A DNA stretch of 64,000 nucleotides from an uncultured Actinomycetes bacterium (GTDB lineage Bacteria; Actinomycetota; Thermoleophilia; RBG-16-64-13). Below the pieces are notes generated by a model that saw only the letters and a program-made list of their open reading frames with translations, was not told where the DNA came from and did no database searches. Both the position numbers and the translations under genes were made by a program. The stretch is from positions 1,088,001-1,152,000 of the forward strand of contig CAVPLM010000005.1 of assembly GCA_963706025.1 (NCBI GenBank), read 5' to 3'. Shown here one piece after another: positions 49,787-62,357 of the stretch (position 1 is its first letter; every line of letters begins with the position of its first letter).

Positions 49787-50014
49787 CTACTGCTTCTTCA
49801 GGCTCGTGACGAGTGCAGTTATCTCCTCGGAAAGGACGGGGAACTGTTTGTAGCAGGCCAGAGCGTATGCCTCGAGCGCGGGGATGGCGTACGGGTCGTG
49901 TACGTAGTCGAGAACGAAGTACTTCGAATCCAACCGGTCCCCACCCATGAGGTCTCTCCCGTCGATCCGCTCGACGTAGTACTTCTGTTGTAGCTTGTTC
50001 CTCTTGTCCTCCAT
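49787..50014 (-). CDS. Small hypothetical protein (75 aa)
   Basis: GGAGG RBS before ATG 50014; KYYVERIDG...YFVLDYVHDPYAIPALEAYA. Confidence 0.7.
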   Translation of the reverse strand: MEDKRNKLQQKYYVERIDGRDLMGGDRLDSKYFVLDYVHDPYAIPALEAYALACYKQFPVLSEEITALVTSLKKQ

Positions 50015-50153
50015 GTTGTTCCTCCGGCTGTTTGACACAACGCTATCACGGGAAGACCGGGCCGCGCGGCGGAAGAGGACAATCGGACGGGACATGCCAA
50101 GAACGCTCTTGAGGGCAACCCCGCCGGGGTGGAAGCTCAAGCCGGTCCAGGAG

Positions 50154-51086
50154 CTAACGCCCTGGGGAGAGGCGAGGAAGCTCCTCGTCGTCCGGCGACG
50201 AGCCGTCCTGCCGCCGGCCCTCCTGCGGCGGGCCGGCCGGCGACGGGCTTTGCGAAGGGCCGGCGCTCCGCAGCCGCCGGCTCCGTTGCACGGCAGCCTC
50301 TATCGCCTGCTGAAAAGCCAAGCGGACTCCTCGCTCCTCGAGAACATCCATGCCCGCCTTGTCCATCGGGGTCGCGGCCAGATGCTCCCTGAGCTCGCCG
50401 GGCGAATCCGAGTGGAGAGGTAGGAGCCGGGCGGTTGCGAGCGCTGTCTGTCGCACCAGTCTGCGGGCCGTGACCCGGGGCAGGCCCGCGGCTACGGCAC
50501 CGTCTTCCAGACTCTCCACTGCAAGGGCAAGGAAGGCCGGGCCCGATCCCGACACCGCCGTAACGGCGTCGAGCATGTCCTCGGGGACGGATTCTGTCAC
50601 CCCTAAACCGGCGAACAAACCGATCACGGCCTCGACCTCCGCGGCAGCCGCCCCAGGTTCCGAGGCGACCGCTATCGCACCGACCCCTAGCTCCACGCCT
50701 AGATTCGGCATGACCCGAAAGAGGTTGGGGCCCGGCCCTAGGATGGTCCGCATCCGCCCCATCGTGATCCCCGCCATCGACGAGATCACGGTCTGACCCT
50801 CGCGCAGCAGTGGTGCGATCGCGCCAAGGAGCACCGGGGCGTCTTTGGGCTTGACCACCACAAGGACAAGGTCCGCCTGAGTGACCAAGTCTTCCAGCGA
50901 CCGAGCCGCCGAGATCGGACCTGGCGTAAGCAACCGCTGCGCCGCGGCCTCGATCTTGTCCCAGACGATCAACCGGACTCCCCGCTGCTCAGAACGGAGC
51001 CAGCCCTTGACGAGGGCGGAGCCCATGCTGCCGGTGCCAATACACCGACGGTGGTGACCGAGTCGGCGGTCATGATTCGAGCCCAT
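50154..51086 (-). CDS. proC: Pyrroline-5-carboxylate reductase
   Basis: IGTGSMG, VKPKD, RVMPN, DAVTAVSGSGPAF; possible indels at both termini. Confidence 0.88.
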   Translation of the reverse strand: MGSNHDRRLGHHRRCIGTGSMGSALVKGWLRSEQRGVRLIVWDKIEAAAQRLLTPGPISAARSLEDLVTQADLVLVVVKPKDAPVLLGAIAPLLREGQTVISSMAGITMGRMRTILGPGPNLFRVMPNLGVELGVGAIAVASEPGAAAAEVEAVIGLFAGLGVTESVPEDMLDAVTAVSGSGPAFLALAVESLEDGAVAAGLPRVTARRLVRQTALATARLLPLHSDSPGELREHLAATPMDKAGMDVLEERGVRLAFQQAIEAAVQRSRRLRSAGPSQSPSPAGPPQEGRRQDGSSPDDEELPRLSPGR

Positions 51087-51116
51087 CGCCAGGCCCGGGC
51101 ATCCCAGACCTCGCGC

Positions 51117-52565
51117 TCAGTGAACTACGGGGGCCAGTGATTCTTCGACCCGCTCGGACGCGGGCTCGGCGTCGGCTATCGCCGGCTCGGTGTCGGCTGC
51201 CGCCGGCTGGCCGTCAGAGGGCCTCGTCTCGTTGAGGCAACTCCACACCGGGTTCAGGACACGGCCCGCTTCGGCCGAGTAGGCGTCCATCTCGTCCTGT
51301 AGGTCCGTCAGTATGGAGTCGGCGCCATCGTGCGTGGGATGAGCGCCGGTACAGGCCATGATCTCGCGCGAACAATTCGGGTTGTCGATCCACATGCAGG
51401 GCATGAGCAGATTGTGATTGAAAGGTTGCCGGCTGCGGATCTCGCGGAAGAAGGGCGAGTTGAACGCCTCGAGCAGGCTCATGTACCGGATGTTGTCGGT
51501 CGCGAAGTGGGTGAAGATGCACGGTTCGACCCAGCCTTCGCTGGTGATGTGCATGTAGTGCTTGCCGGCGATGCAGCCACCGACCCAGGGGGCGTCGCCC
51601 CAGAAATCGACGGGGAAGAACGGTTTGGTGGCCCGGAGCCGGTGGATGCCCAGGCGGAACTGTTCGCGATCGGACGGTGTGGGCATCATGTCCACATCCG
51701 GTTCGCGGCCGATGGGCATGTAGAGAAAGTGCCAGGCGATCATCGCCCCTTTGGCGACAAGAGGATCCACGAACTCGTCGCTGACGAGGACCTGCCAATT
51801 GTTCCTCGTGACCGTGGCCGAATAGCCGAACATCACGCCCGCTTCTCCCAGGCGGTCCATGACGCTCATGACCTTCTGGTGAACACCGAGGCCCCTTCTT
51901 TGATCGGTGAGCTCGGGAGTCCCGTCGACACTCAACATGAGGGCGACGTTGCCTATCTTCGCCAACTCGCCGATGATCTCGTCGGTGAGCAGAGTGCCGT
52001 TGCTGAAGATCTGGAACATCGAGTCCCTATTGGCCCGTGCGAAGCCGAGCAGGTCGGGGTAGAGGAACGGTTCACCTCCCAGGAAGGTGAACAGGTACAC
52101 ACCCATGTCATTGCCCTCGTCGACGATACGCTGCAGGAGCTCGCGATCCAGATCTTGATCGGGCGAGTACTCCCCCGCGTAGCAGCCCGCGCAGGTGAGA
52201 TTGCAGCGCATCGTGGGGCTCATCAGTAGGGTCGTCGGGGCCATCATGCCCGTGGTCTCGGTGAGTTCTTTCCTCTTGGCCGCACCCCTAAGGAGGGTGT
52301 TGACTACCAGGCACTCGATGAAGCGATCGCGGCACTCGGGGCTGAGCTTGGTGGTCACGTGACGCGACATCAGAAGAACCGGATGGTCAGCCTCGACTTT
52401 GTCGCATAGGAACCGGACGGACCCTTTGTGGGCGTCGGGGGTGATCATTTCGGCAAGCTTGAAGGCTTTGATGATCTTGGCTTTGTCCCCGCCGGCGGCA
52501 AGCGTGAGCATCCGACCGATCATGCGTCGCTGCATCCCGTTGTATAGCCCGTCTACGTGACCCAC
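51117..52565 (-). CDS. Radical SAM protein with SPASM/twitch-like C-terminal domain
   Basis: CNLTCAGCY (CxxxCxxC), GGEPF, SNGTL, GGCIAG...VEPCIF, PCMWID; AAGGAGG RBS before GTG 52565. Confidence 0.88.
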   Translation of the reverse strand: MGHVDGLYNGMQRRMIGRMLTLAAGGDKAKIIKAFKLAEMITPDAHKGSVRFLCDKVEADHPVLLMSRHVTTKLSPECRDRFIECLVVNTLLRGAAKRKELTETTGMMAPTTLLMSPTMRCNLTCAGCYAGEYSPDQDLDRELLQRIVDEGNDMGVYLFTFLGGEPFLYPDLLGFARANRDSMFQIFSNGTLLTDEIIGELAKIGNVALMLSVDGTPELTDQRRGLGVHQKVMSVMDRLGEAGVMFGYSATVTRNNWQVLVSDEFVDPLVAKGAMIAWHFLYMPIGREPDVDMMPTPSDREQFRLGIHRLRATKPFFPVDFWGDAPWVGGCIAGKHYMHITSEGWVEPCIFTHFATDNIRYMSLLEAFNSPFFREIRSRQPFNHNLLMPCMWIDNPNCSREIMACTGAHPTHDGADSILTDLQDEMDAYSAEAGRVLNPVWSCLNETRPSDGQPAAADTEPAIADAEPASERVEESLAPVVH

Positions 52566-52806
52566 CCACTCCTCCTTGTCCGTTTCGCTGGGTCGTGCAG
52601 CCGACCGTGCTGAGACTTGGGGCCTCCATTCTACCCCCGCAAGCGTCACAACGGAATCACATTCGCACCAAACACCCGCCAAATATGGGGATCGGCGTCA
52701 CGGATTCCATGGCGGCCCCAGAACTGCTAGGGTTGATAGCAGTAGCATAGAGGGAACAACGAACCGACATCTGCCGGCGGCGACGGCCCGTCCAAGGAGA
52801 ACGATC

Positions 52807-55620
<2,814 letters not shown>

Positions 55621-55674
55621 GCCGAGGCCCGACAGCGACCCCGCCGGCCGGCGAAGGTGACGAGCCCGGAAGGG

Positions 55675-57312
55675 CTAGTCCTCCACTTTCCAGCAGTCCG
55701 ACGGGTTCTCTTGCCCCGCCTGACTGTTGGCCGGATGCGTTGCCAACCACTGCTCCGGGTCCTCGATGATCTGCCGGACCGTGGACTGGACCAGTTCCAG
55801 ATTCAGGATGTTGTAGCCCATCTCGTTTCTACCGGTGACGTAGTCGGGAGGCGTGAAACCCACGGCTATCATCTCGTCGGTCTTGACCTTGGCCCGCACC
55901 TTGATCAGGTCCGCCAGTCGGTCGATGGGGATATCCGTCTTCAAGTTGTCCTTGATGGCCCCCACGATGTCCGGGAACTTGAACGCTAGATCCCTCACGC
56001 CGTTCTGATAGAGCAAGGCCAGCAGGACGCAGCGCTGCCTCTGCATGCGGTGATAGTCGTCGCTCCCGGTCCGGGAGCGCGCGAAAGCCAGGGCTTCATG
56101 ACCGTCCAGGTGCCGGATGCCCGGCTGGATGTCGTAGATCCGGGCCTCCTCCCCTTTGGTGAACGACGCCATCCGTACCCAGATCCGCTCCTTCACATTG
56201 AGCGTGACTCCGCCGAAGGCATCGACCAGGTCGATGAACCCGTTCAGATCGACCACGGCGTAGTAGTCGATCGGGATGCCCAGCAGTCTGCTGACGGTCT
56301 CGCGCATCACCTGAGCCCCGGCGTCTCCTTCTCCCCCGGCCAGTTCGGGGTGGTTCTGCGCATCGAAGTAGAGACTGCTGATGAGGTCCAGATAGACGTC
56401 CGTGCCGAGAGCCTCGGCCGTCCGGTCGCTCAAAGCCAGCGAGCCGGTGTTGCGCGGGACACCGAAGAGCGCCACCGCCCCGGTCTTCAGATCGACCGTG
56501 GCGACAATGACGGTGTCCGCCCGGGCGCCGGTCCGGCGGTAGCCGGCGTCGGTGCCCAGAAGCAGGAACGTCAACCGCTCGTCATCGCCCGAGTCCAGCG
56601 GCGGCAGCGTGGTCGTGGTGGTCGAGCTGGTGGTAGTCGAACTGGTCGTGGTGGAGACCACCCCGGTCGAGGTCGTGCTCGCGATCGACGTGGTCGTCGT
56701 CGTGGAAGGCAGGCCCGACGTAGTGGTGGTCACTTCGTCGTCAGCCACGAACACGGTGGTCAGCAGATCGTGCGAGAGGAAGGCGTAGTAGCCGAACAGC
56801 GCGTGCGGCGCCACGGTCAGGAAGAGCAGCACCGCCAGCCCGACCCCGGCCAGTACTACCCGCAGTCTCGGGGGGGGATCGGCCGCCGCCGCGTACTGCG
56901 CCCCTCCCGCCCGGTACGCGTCCACGGCCGCATACAGCCGGAAGCCGAGCAAGAGGACGTTGAACCCGAGCAGCCCGAGTAGCACCTCGGGCTGGATCAC
57001 GAAGGCGAGAACCTCGTCGATCCCCTGCAGCGCGACGACGATACCGACTATGAGGAACAGCACGACCACCGCGAGCATGATGTAGCCGCGCCTGCGGGCT
57101 CCGGCGGCGATCTGCCCGGTCCCGGGGACCAACATGGAGAAAAAGGCGTACAGCAGGCGACGCACGTAGCGGTCACGGCCGCGCGGGTGCCGGTATTCGT
57201 TCCGGCTCAACGGCTCATCAGTACTTGCCACAACCGGTCGGAGCCTCGAGTCCCTTTCTTCCTGACACGACGAGAAGCGGGCCTGGTTCTGTCCAAGATT
57301 ATAGGATTGCAC
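55675..57312 (-). CDS. LCP (LytR-CpsA-Psr) family protein with N-terminal TM region and Thr/Ser linker
   Basis: LLLGTD...RADT, PRN, GIPIDYYAVV, LDGHEALAFARSR, DDYHRMQRQ; start codon uncertain. Confidence 0.9.
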   Translation of the reverse strand: MQSYNLGQNQARFSSCQEERDSRLRPVVASTDEPLSRNEYRHPRGRDRYVRRLLYAFFSMLVPGTGQIAAGARRRGYIMLAVVVLFLIVGIVVALQGIDEVLAFVIQPEVLLGLLGFNVLLLGFRLYAAVDAYRAGGAQYAAAADPPPRLRVVLAGVGLAVLLFLTVAPHALFGYYAFLSHDLLTTVFVADDEVTTTTSGLPSTTTTTSIASTTSTGVVSTTTSSTTTSSTTTTTLPPLDSGDDERLTFLLLGTDAGYRRTGARADTVIVATVDLKTGAVALFGVPRNTGSLALSDRTAEALGTDVYLDLISSLYFDAQNHPELAGGEGDAGAQVMRETVSRLLGIPIDYYAVVDLNGFIDLVDAFGGVTLNVKERIWVRMASFTKGEEARIYDIQPGIRHLDGHEALAFARSRTGSDDYHRMQRQRCVLLALLYQNGVRDLAFKFPDIVGAIKDNLKTDIPIDRLADLIKVRAKVKTDEMIAVGFTPPDYVTGRNEMGYNILNLELVQSTVRQIIEDPEQWLATHPANSQAGQENPSDCWKVED

Positions 57313-57527
57313 GCGCGCCTCTGACTACCTGCACCCCATGAGCTGTCTGAGTAGCGTGTGAAGACTCCGCAATCCGGCGCAATTCGGACCGCATTCGCGC
57401 TCTGAGACGGAGTCTGGTCTCGCCTTGTTCCGCGTGACAGGACCGTGGGTCGTTTGCCGGTTCGGCGCAAAAGCAGTACCTTCTTCGTTCGGGGGGGACA
57501 GAGGGAAACAAGGGATTCGGTGCGCTC

Positions 57528-57745
57528 GTGGCACTTGGGCACCTTGTGCTTGCCAAGACCCATGACACTGCGACCACCGACGGCGATTCCAATCTGCATG
57601 CCGAATTCAAGGCCATCCGTGAGGCCACTACAGCTCTGGGTTCAACCAATCTGTGCGGTACGGTGCTCTACTCCACCTGCGAACCATGCCCGATGTGCAC
57701 CGGTCTCGCGGTGTGGGCCAACCTGACGAGCATCGTGTACAGGTT
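57528..57745 (+). pseudogene. Nucleoside/guanine deaminase fragment
   Basis: HAEFKAIREA and LYSTCEPCPMC Zn motifs retained; N- and C-terminal parts missing. Confidence 0.65.
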
Positions 57746-57803
57746 CTCAAAGAGAGGTGCGAGGCTCTCTATTCGCCGGGGCCTGGGGAGCCGGGAGAAA
57801 CTG

Positions 57804-58205
57804 CTACAAGTTGATCACCTTGGCCGCGCGGAGCATGGTCTCGGAGATCGCGTACATGTTGGAGATCTCGCCGACCGCCACTTTCTCCTTGAGATCGAAG
57901 TGACCGAGACAGGTGCCGCACAGGAGTACCCGCGCCCCTCGGTCCACAAGGGCTCTGAGATCGTCGAGCGCTGGGGAGCCCTCGATCGCCAGCATCACCC
58001 CACTGTTGTAGAAGATGAGCAGGTCCGGTCTCGGCGTGACCTCGCCAAGGGTGTGCAAGAAGTTCCGGAGAAGCACCTGTCCGAGCTCATCGTCGCCCCG
58101 CCCCATCGTGTTGCTTGAGATAGCGACCACGGTCGATCCCCACTCTAGGTCCGCCCGGTCCCCAGGGCCCGCCCCGAGTTCACTTTTCAGCTTCTGATCG
58201 TTCAC
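57804..58205 (-). CDS. yedF: YedF-like selenium-metabolism sulfurtransferase (DsrE domain only)
   Basis: MGRGDDELGQVLL, FYNSGV, CGTCL, VGEISNMY. Confidence 0.8.
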   Translation of the reverse strand: MNDQKLKSELGAGPGDRADLEWGSTVVAISSNTMGRGDDELGQVLLRNFLHTLGEVTPRPDLLIFYNSGVMLAIEGSPALDDLRALVDRGARVLLCGTCLGHFDLKEKVAVGEISNMYAISETMLRAAKVINL

Positions 58206-58467
58206 CCGCCTTCTCCTCTCCTGGAAGTAGCATCTTGAGGTCGTGTATTGCCGATACCTGGACCCCGGTTGCCGCGAGCACCTTCTCGGCTCGTTCGCGA
58301 TCACCGAGGCTCACCCGCAGGCAGACGCCGCACTGGGAACTGATGGCCCGGGGCACGGGGATAAGCGAGCATGAGACCCCTGCTCGGATGAGCGCGGCCT
58401 CGCCCTTGATCGCGTGAGAGGCCGAGGGCACGAGAAACAGACTATGGGTGGGAGCGGAGGGCCTCAT
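58180..58467 (-). CDS. DUF3343 putative Se/S carrier-like protein
   Basis: SHAIKGE..L...LIPVPRAISSQCGVCLR. Confidence 0.8.
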   Translation of the reverse strand: MRPSAPTHSLFLVPSASHAIKGEAALIRAGVSCSLIPVPRAISSQCGVCLRVSLGDRERAEKVLAATGVQVSAIHDLKMLLPGEEKAGERSEAEK

Positions 58468-59649
58468 TCAGTTTCGCCCCTTGCCTCTGCTCCGTGCCAG
58501 ATGGCGGACGGCCCGTAGGGCGAGATCTACGTCATTCGCGGTGGTGAAGGCACTGAGAGACAACCTCACCGTCCCGGCGGGGAACGTCCCCAGGGTCTTG
58601 TGAGCGGCGGGGCTGCAGTGAAGTCCCACCCGGGCGGCGATATCGAACTCCTCGTCCAAGCGCAGGCCGATCTCCCCCGGATCCGGGCCATCAAGGGTGA
58701 AGGACACCACCGGAAGCTGCCGGGAAGCATCGAGAGTCCCTTTGACCTCCACTCCGGGAATCTCGCAGAGACCCTCGATCAAGCGGGCGGTAAGGTCACA
58801 CTCCCGGTCGCGCAACTCCTCCACTCCCTGCTCCACCAGCCAGCGGACTCCCGCTTCGAGCCCGGCCAGCCCCACAACGTTCATGGTCCCGCTCTCGAAC
58901 TTGTCCGGTAGGAAACGGGGCTGGATCTCCGATTCGGAGTCGCTGCCTGTACCGCCGCGTATGAGCGGCTGCAAGCCGGCGATGTCCACTCTTTCGCCGA
59001 TGACAAGGCCTCCCGTCCCGGTCGGTCCGTACAAGGCCTTGTGCCCGGTGAAGGCCAGAAGGTCGGCGCCCAGATCGTCCAGATCGATGGGTAGAGCACC
59101 GACGGACTGAGCCCCGTCTACGAGCAGAAGGAGATTCCGAGCGCGGGTGATGGCCGCTACCTCTTTCACGGGAAGAAGCGTGCCCACGACGTTGGAGGCA
59201 TGAGTCATAACAACCATCGTGGTCTCCGGGCGCAGGGCCTGCTCCACCGCGGCGACGTCGAGCCCTCCTTCTGGAGAGCAGGGGACCACCGTGACTGCGG
59301 TTCCTTCCATCTCAAGAGCGCGTAAGGGCCTCATGACCGAGTTGTGCTCCATGCTGGTGGTCACCACGTGCTGACCCGGTCCGAGGAGGCCGCACATGGC
59401 CAGGTTGAGGGCATGAGTGGCGTTGGCGCAGAAGACGACCCGCAGGGGATCCGGCACTCCCAGCAGACCGGCCACCGCCTCCCGAGCCCGGAAGACCACT
59501 CGGGCGGCTTCGATCGAAAGACGGTGACCGGAGCGGCCGGGATTGGCGCCGACTTCGCCGAGGAAGTGCTCCATGGCCGCGATCACCGGGGGCGGTTTCG
59601 GCCAGCTGGTGGCCGCGTTGTCGAGATAGACGACGCGAGACGGTATCAC
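58468..59649 (-). CDS. Cysteine desulfurase/selenocysteine lyase family (class V PLP)
   Basis: YLDNAATSWPKP, ANPGRSGH, HASNV, DGAQS, TGHKAL.GP, RVGLHCSP. Confidence 0.92.
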   Translation of the reverse strand: MIPSRVVYLDNAATSWPKPPPVIAAMEHFLGEVGANPGRSGHRLSIEAARVVFRAREAVAGLLGVPDPLRVVFCANATHALNLAMCGLLGPGQHVVTTSMEHNSVMRPLRALEMEGTAVTVVPCSPEGGLDVAAVEQALRPETTMVVMTHASNVVGTLLPVKEVAAITRARNLLLLVDGAQSVGALPIDLDDLGADLLAFTGHKALYGPTGTGGLVIGERVDIAGLQPLIRGGTGSDSESEIQPRFLPDKFESGTMNVVGLAGLEAGVRWLVEQGVEELRDRECDLTARLIEGLCEIPGVEVKGTLDASRQLPVVSFTLDGPDPGEIGLRLDEEFDIAARVGLHCSPAAHKTLGTFPAGTVRLSLSAFTTANDVDLALRAVRHLARSRGKGRN

Positions 59650-60470
59650 CGCTCCTGCTTCCGGCGCGGCATCATTGGGGCCGGGGATCCCGACAAACGA
59701 TCTGACAAGGCCTGCACCCTACTCGGGGTCTCGGGGCCGGTCATAGGGATCCCGTGCCCGCCGGCGACCACGAGGGGCCCCAGCTCGGCCAGAGCGGCGA
59801 CCGATTTCCTTCGCCACCCGCCAACTCCAGGTGGCGTACCAGGGCGGGCCGGAGACCTCCTGCCTGCTTGTGAGAAGTCCCCACACCGAGTTGAGGGTCT
59901 ACAGTCACCAGGGCGTCGCCCGTGATCAAGACCCGGTCGCTCCGCCGGAAGAACGCGACGTGCCCGGGCGTATGGCCCGGCGTGGGAACGGCCTCCCAGT
60001 CGGGAAGACCAGGGAGCTCGGCCACGCGGATCGAAGGGCCGGACCACGTCCTCGAGGCTCGCCCGCGCGACCATCGACTCGGTCCGCTTCGGCCCCAGGA
60101 GGCGCAGCCAGGGCAGGACGATCCAGCGGTCGAGCGGGTTGGCATACGTATGGAAGACCGAGACGCCTCCAAGGACCAGCGGTAGCTCGTCGGGATGCAC
60201 CCAGACGGGGCGATTCCAGACCTGCGCCAGTTCGCGGGCCGAGCCGGCGTGATCGGGGTGGTCGTGTGTGAGCAGGATCGAAGCCGGAGGCGAGTCCTCC
60301 CCGAACAAGGACTCCGCGGCCTTCTGGATCGAGCGGCCGCAGTTCGCCGACGCGGCGTCGATGAGGGTCCACGATGGACCCGACCGCACGAAGTAGACGT
60401 TCGACCGGAGAAGCCCCTTTCCCACCTCCAGGTAGTACACGCCCGGGGCGATCTCCCGGGGCAGCCGGTG
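59646..60470 (-). CDS. MBL-fold metallo-hydrolase (frameshifted, start approximate)
   Basis: LTHDHPDHAG, TPGHTPGH, ITGDAL and GGHG found across alternating frames. Confidence 0.7.
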   Translation of the reverse strand, partial: HRLPREIAPGVYYLEVGKGLLRSNVYFVRSGPSWTLIDAASANCGRSIQKAAESLFGEDSPPASILLTHDHPDHAGSARELAQVWNRPVWVHPDELPLVLGGVSVFHTYANPLDRWIVLPWLRLLGPKRTESMVARASLEDVVRPFDPRGRAPWSSRLGGRSHAGPYARARRVLPAERPGLDHGRRPGDCRPSTRCGDFSQAGRRSPARPGTPPGVGGWRRKSVAALAELGPLVVAGGHGIPMTGPETPSRVQALSDRLSGSPAPMMPRRKQER

Positions 60471-60826
60471 TCGGTCTCTCTCAGTCGCCAGGCCACAGCG
60501 TTCTCTCCTTCGACATGGTTCGCCTCTACTAGGGCCTCGAGCCGGCTATGCCAATGGCCCCCACCGTCGCTCCCATATCTCCCCGCTTTTCCCTGGTTCA
60601 GTCAAGGCTCGCCCGGCCCTCCGACTCCGTTCCCGCGAACGGTCTATACCTCGTTATGGCGCGAGAGGGGACGCAGAGTGCGAGGTCCGCTGGACAGGCG
60701 GACACGTGCCAGATACAGTCTGCATATCCCTCGAGCCGTGGGTGCCGCGAGGGACGAGGGACTTCAGAGTCACACGGCTGCACAGCCGTTGTAAGGCCGA
60801 GCAATCACAGCAGAGGAGAGGGTTGC

Positions 60827-61789
60827 ATGATCAGGGAGATCACTGCGCACGAGCTTGACCCCGAGAGCTTCATCAGGGAGAAGGTAGAGGACATCAGGCG
60901 CACCGTAGGAGGCGGGTGGGCCATCAACGCCCTTTCCGGTGGCGTCGATTCGTCCACGGTCACGATGCTGGGGCACCGCGCCCTGGGCGAGCGTCTGAGG
61001 ACGGTCTTCGTCGAGAACGGCCTTATGCGCGCCGGCGAAGCCGAGCAGGTCACCGGCTTTTTCCGGGCCCTCGGCGTCACGGTCGAAGTCGTCGACGCGC
61101 GCGCGGAGTTCTTTGCCGCGCTCAAGGGCATCACGGACCCCGAGGCGAAGCGCGAGGCCATCACGCAGACCTTCTATCGCGAGGTCTTCGGCCGTCTCGT
61201 CCGGGAAAGCGGGGCGAATCACCTGCTCCAGGGGACCATCCTGACCGACGTGGATGAGACCGTCGCCGGGATCAAGCGACAGCACAACGTCTTCGAGCAG
61301 TTGGGGATCGATCCGCAGGCGGCGTTCGGCTACCGGATCCTGGAGCCGCTCATCCAGTTGCGCAAGGACGGTGTGAGAAAGCTGGGTCAGGCGCTCGGAC
61401 TGCCGGGCGAACTGTTCCAGCGCATCCCCTTCCCGGGGCCGGCGCTTGCCGCCCGCGTGATCGGCGAGGCGACACCGGAGCGCATCGAGACGGTCCGGCA
61501 GGCCACCCGGGTGGTCGAGCGGTTGCTCTCGGGCTACGGCACCTTCCAGTACCTGGCCATCCTGCACGAAGACCGGGTGACGGGGATGCGCGACGGCCGG
61601 CGCGACTTCGGCCAGCAGATCGAGGTGCGGTGTTGGGACAGCGTCGACGCCCGTACGGCGACGCCTGCCCGCGTCCCGTTCGAGATCCTCGAGCAGCTCG
61701 CGCAGGAGATCGTCGGCGCGGTGCCGGGAATCGTCAGTGTCACCTACAACATAGCGACCAAACCGCCGTCGACCATCGAAGCTGTCTGA
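60827..61789 (+). CDS. GMP synthase ATP-pyrophosphatase (B) subunit, stand-alone
   Basis: ALSGGVDSS, TDPEAKR, LLQGTI, IKRQHNV, EPL..LRKDGVR, PFPGPALA, KPPSTIE; no GATase domain; GAGGAG RBS. Confidence 0.88.
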   Translation: MIREITAHELDPESFIREKVEDIRRTVGGGWAINALSGGVDSSTVTMLGHRALGERLRTVFVENGLMRAGEAEQVTGFFRALGVTVEVVDARAEFFAALKGITDPEAKREAITQTFYREVFGRLVRESGANHLLQGTILTDVDETVAGIKRQHNVFEQLGIDPQAAFGYRILEPLIQLRKDGVRKLGQALGLPGELFQRIPFPGPALAARVIGEATPERIETVRQATRVVERLLSGYGTFQYLAILHEDRVTGMRDGRRDFGQQIEVRCWDSVDARTATPARVPFEILEQLAQEIVGAVPGIVSVTYNIATKPPSTIEAV

Positions 61790-61966
61790 CTACCGATTGG
61801 CTTGCGCGGCCTTCGTGACTCGTGTGCTGGAGGGGCTGCGAGTTCCGCGCCATCCAGGAGTCCCCGGGTCGCAAGGACGTGCGTACGACCATGGTCCGCA
61901 CTGGATGATGCTTGCTAGAAGGCCCGTCCCAGGGTTCGCGTTAGGGTGGAACGCCTTATTCGCGAC

Positions 61967-61984
61967 TGTACCAATTGTGGTACA
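61967..61984. promoter_or_regulatory. Palindromic operator upstream of the TA pair
   Basis: TGTACCA-ATTG-TGGTACA, 9 bp before the toxin start. Confidence 0.6.
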
Positions 61985-61992
61985 CTCCTGAC

Positions 61993-62352
61993 GTGAGTCA
62001 GCCGGGCGAAAGCCAGCCGATCCTCTCCGTTGCGTTCTACGTGAGCGCAGCCGGGAACGAGCCCGTTCGGGAGTGGCTGCTAGCCCTGCCTCGCGACGAC
62101 CGCAAAGCAGTCGGGCGCGACATCAAGACGGCTCAGTACGGATGGCCGCTGGGCATGCCGCTCATCCGGAGGCTCGAGCCCGGGCTGTGGGAGGTGCGAT
62201 CTCGTCTCGGCGCCGGAATCGCGCGAGTGCTGTTCACGGTCGAGGCGCAGACCATGGTCCTGCTGCACGCGTTCGTGAAGAAGTCGCAGAAGACGCCGGC
62301 GACGGACCTCAAGATCGCCAGGCAGCGCCTGGCCGACCTGCGAAGGGAGTGA
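61993..62352 (+). CDS. Type II toxin, RelE/ParE (Gp49-like/HigB)
   Basis: GNEPVREWL, GWPLGMPLIRRL..GLWEVR, LLHAFVKKSQKTP. Confidence 0.9.
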   Translation: MSQPGESQPILSVAFYVSAAGNEPVREWLLALPRDDRKAVGRDIKTAQYGWPLGMPLIRRLEPGLWEVRSRLGAGIARVLFTVEAQTMVLLHAFVKKSQKTPATDLKIARQRLADLRRE

Positions 62353-62357
62353 GTGAG

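Noticed and set aside
60600-60826. Purine or ykkC-type riboswitch upstream of the GMP synthase subunit
   Set aside because: No consensus core recognisable by eye; only short palindromes. An Rfam scan would be needed.
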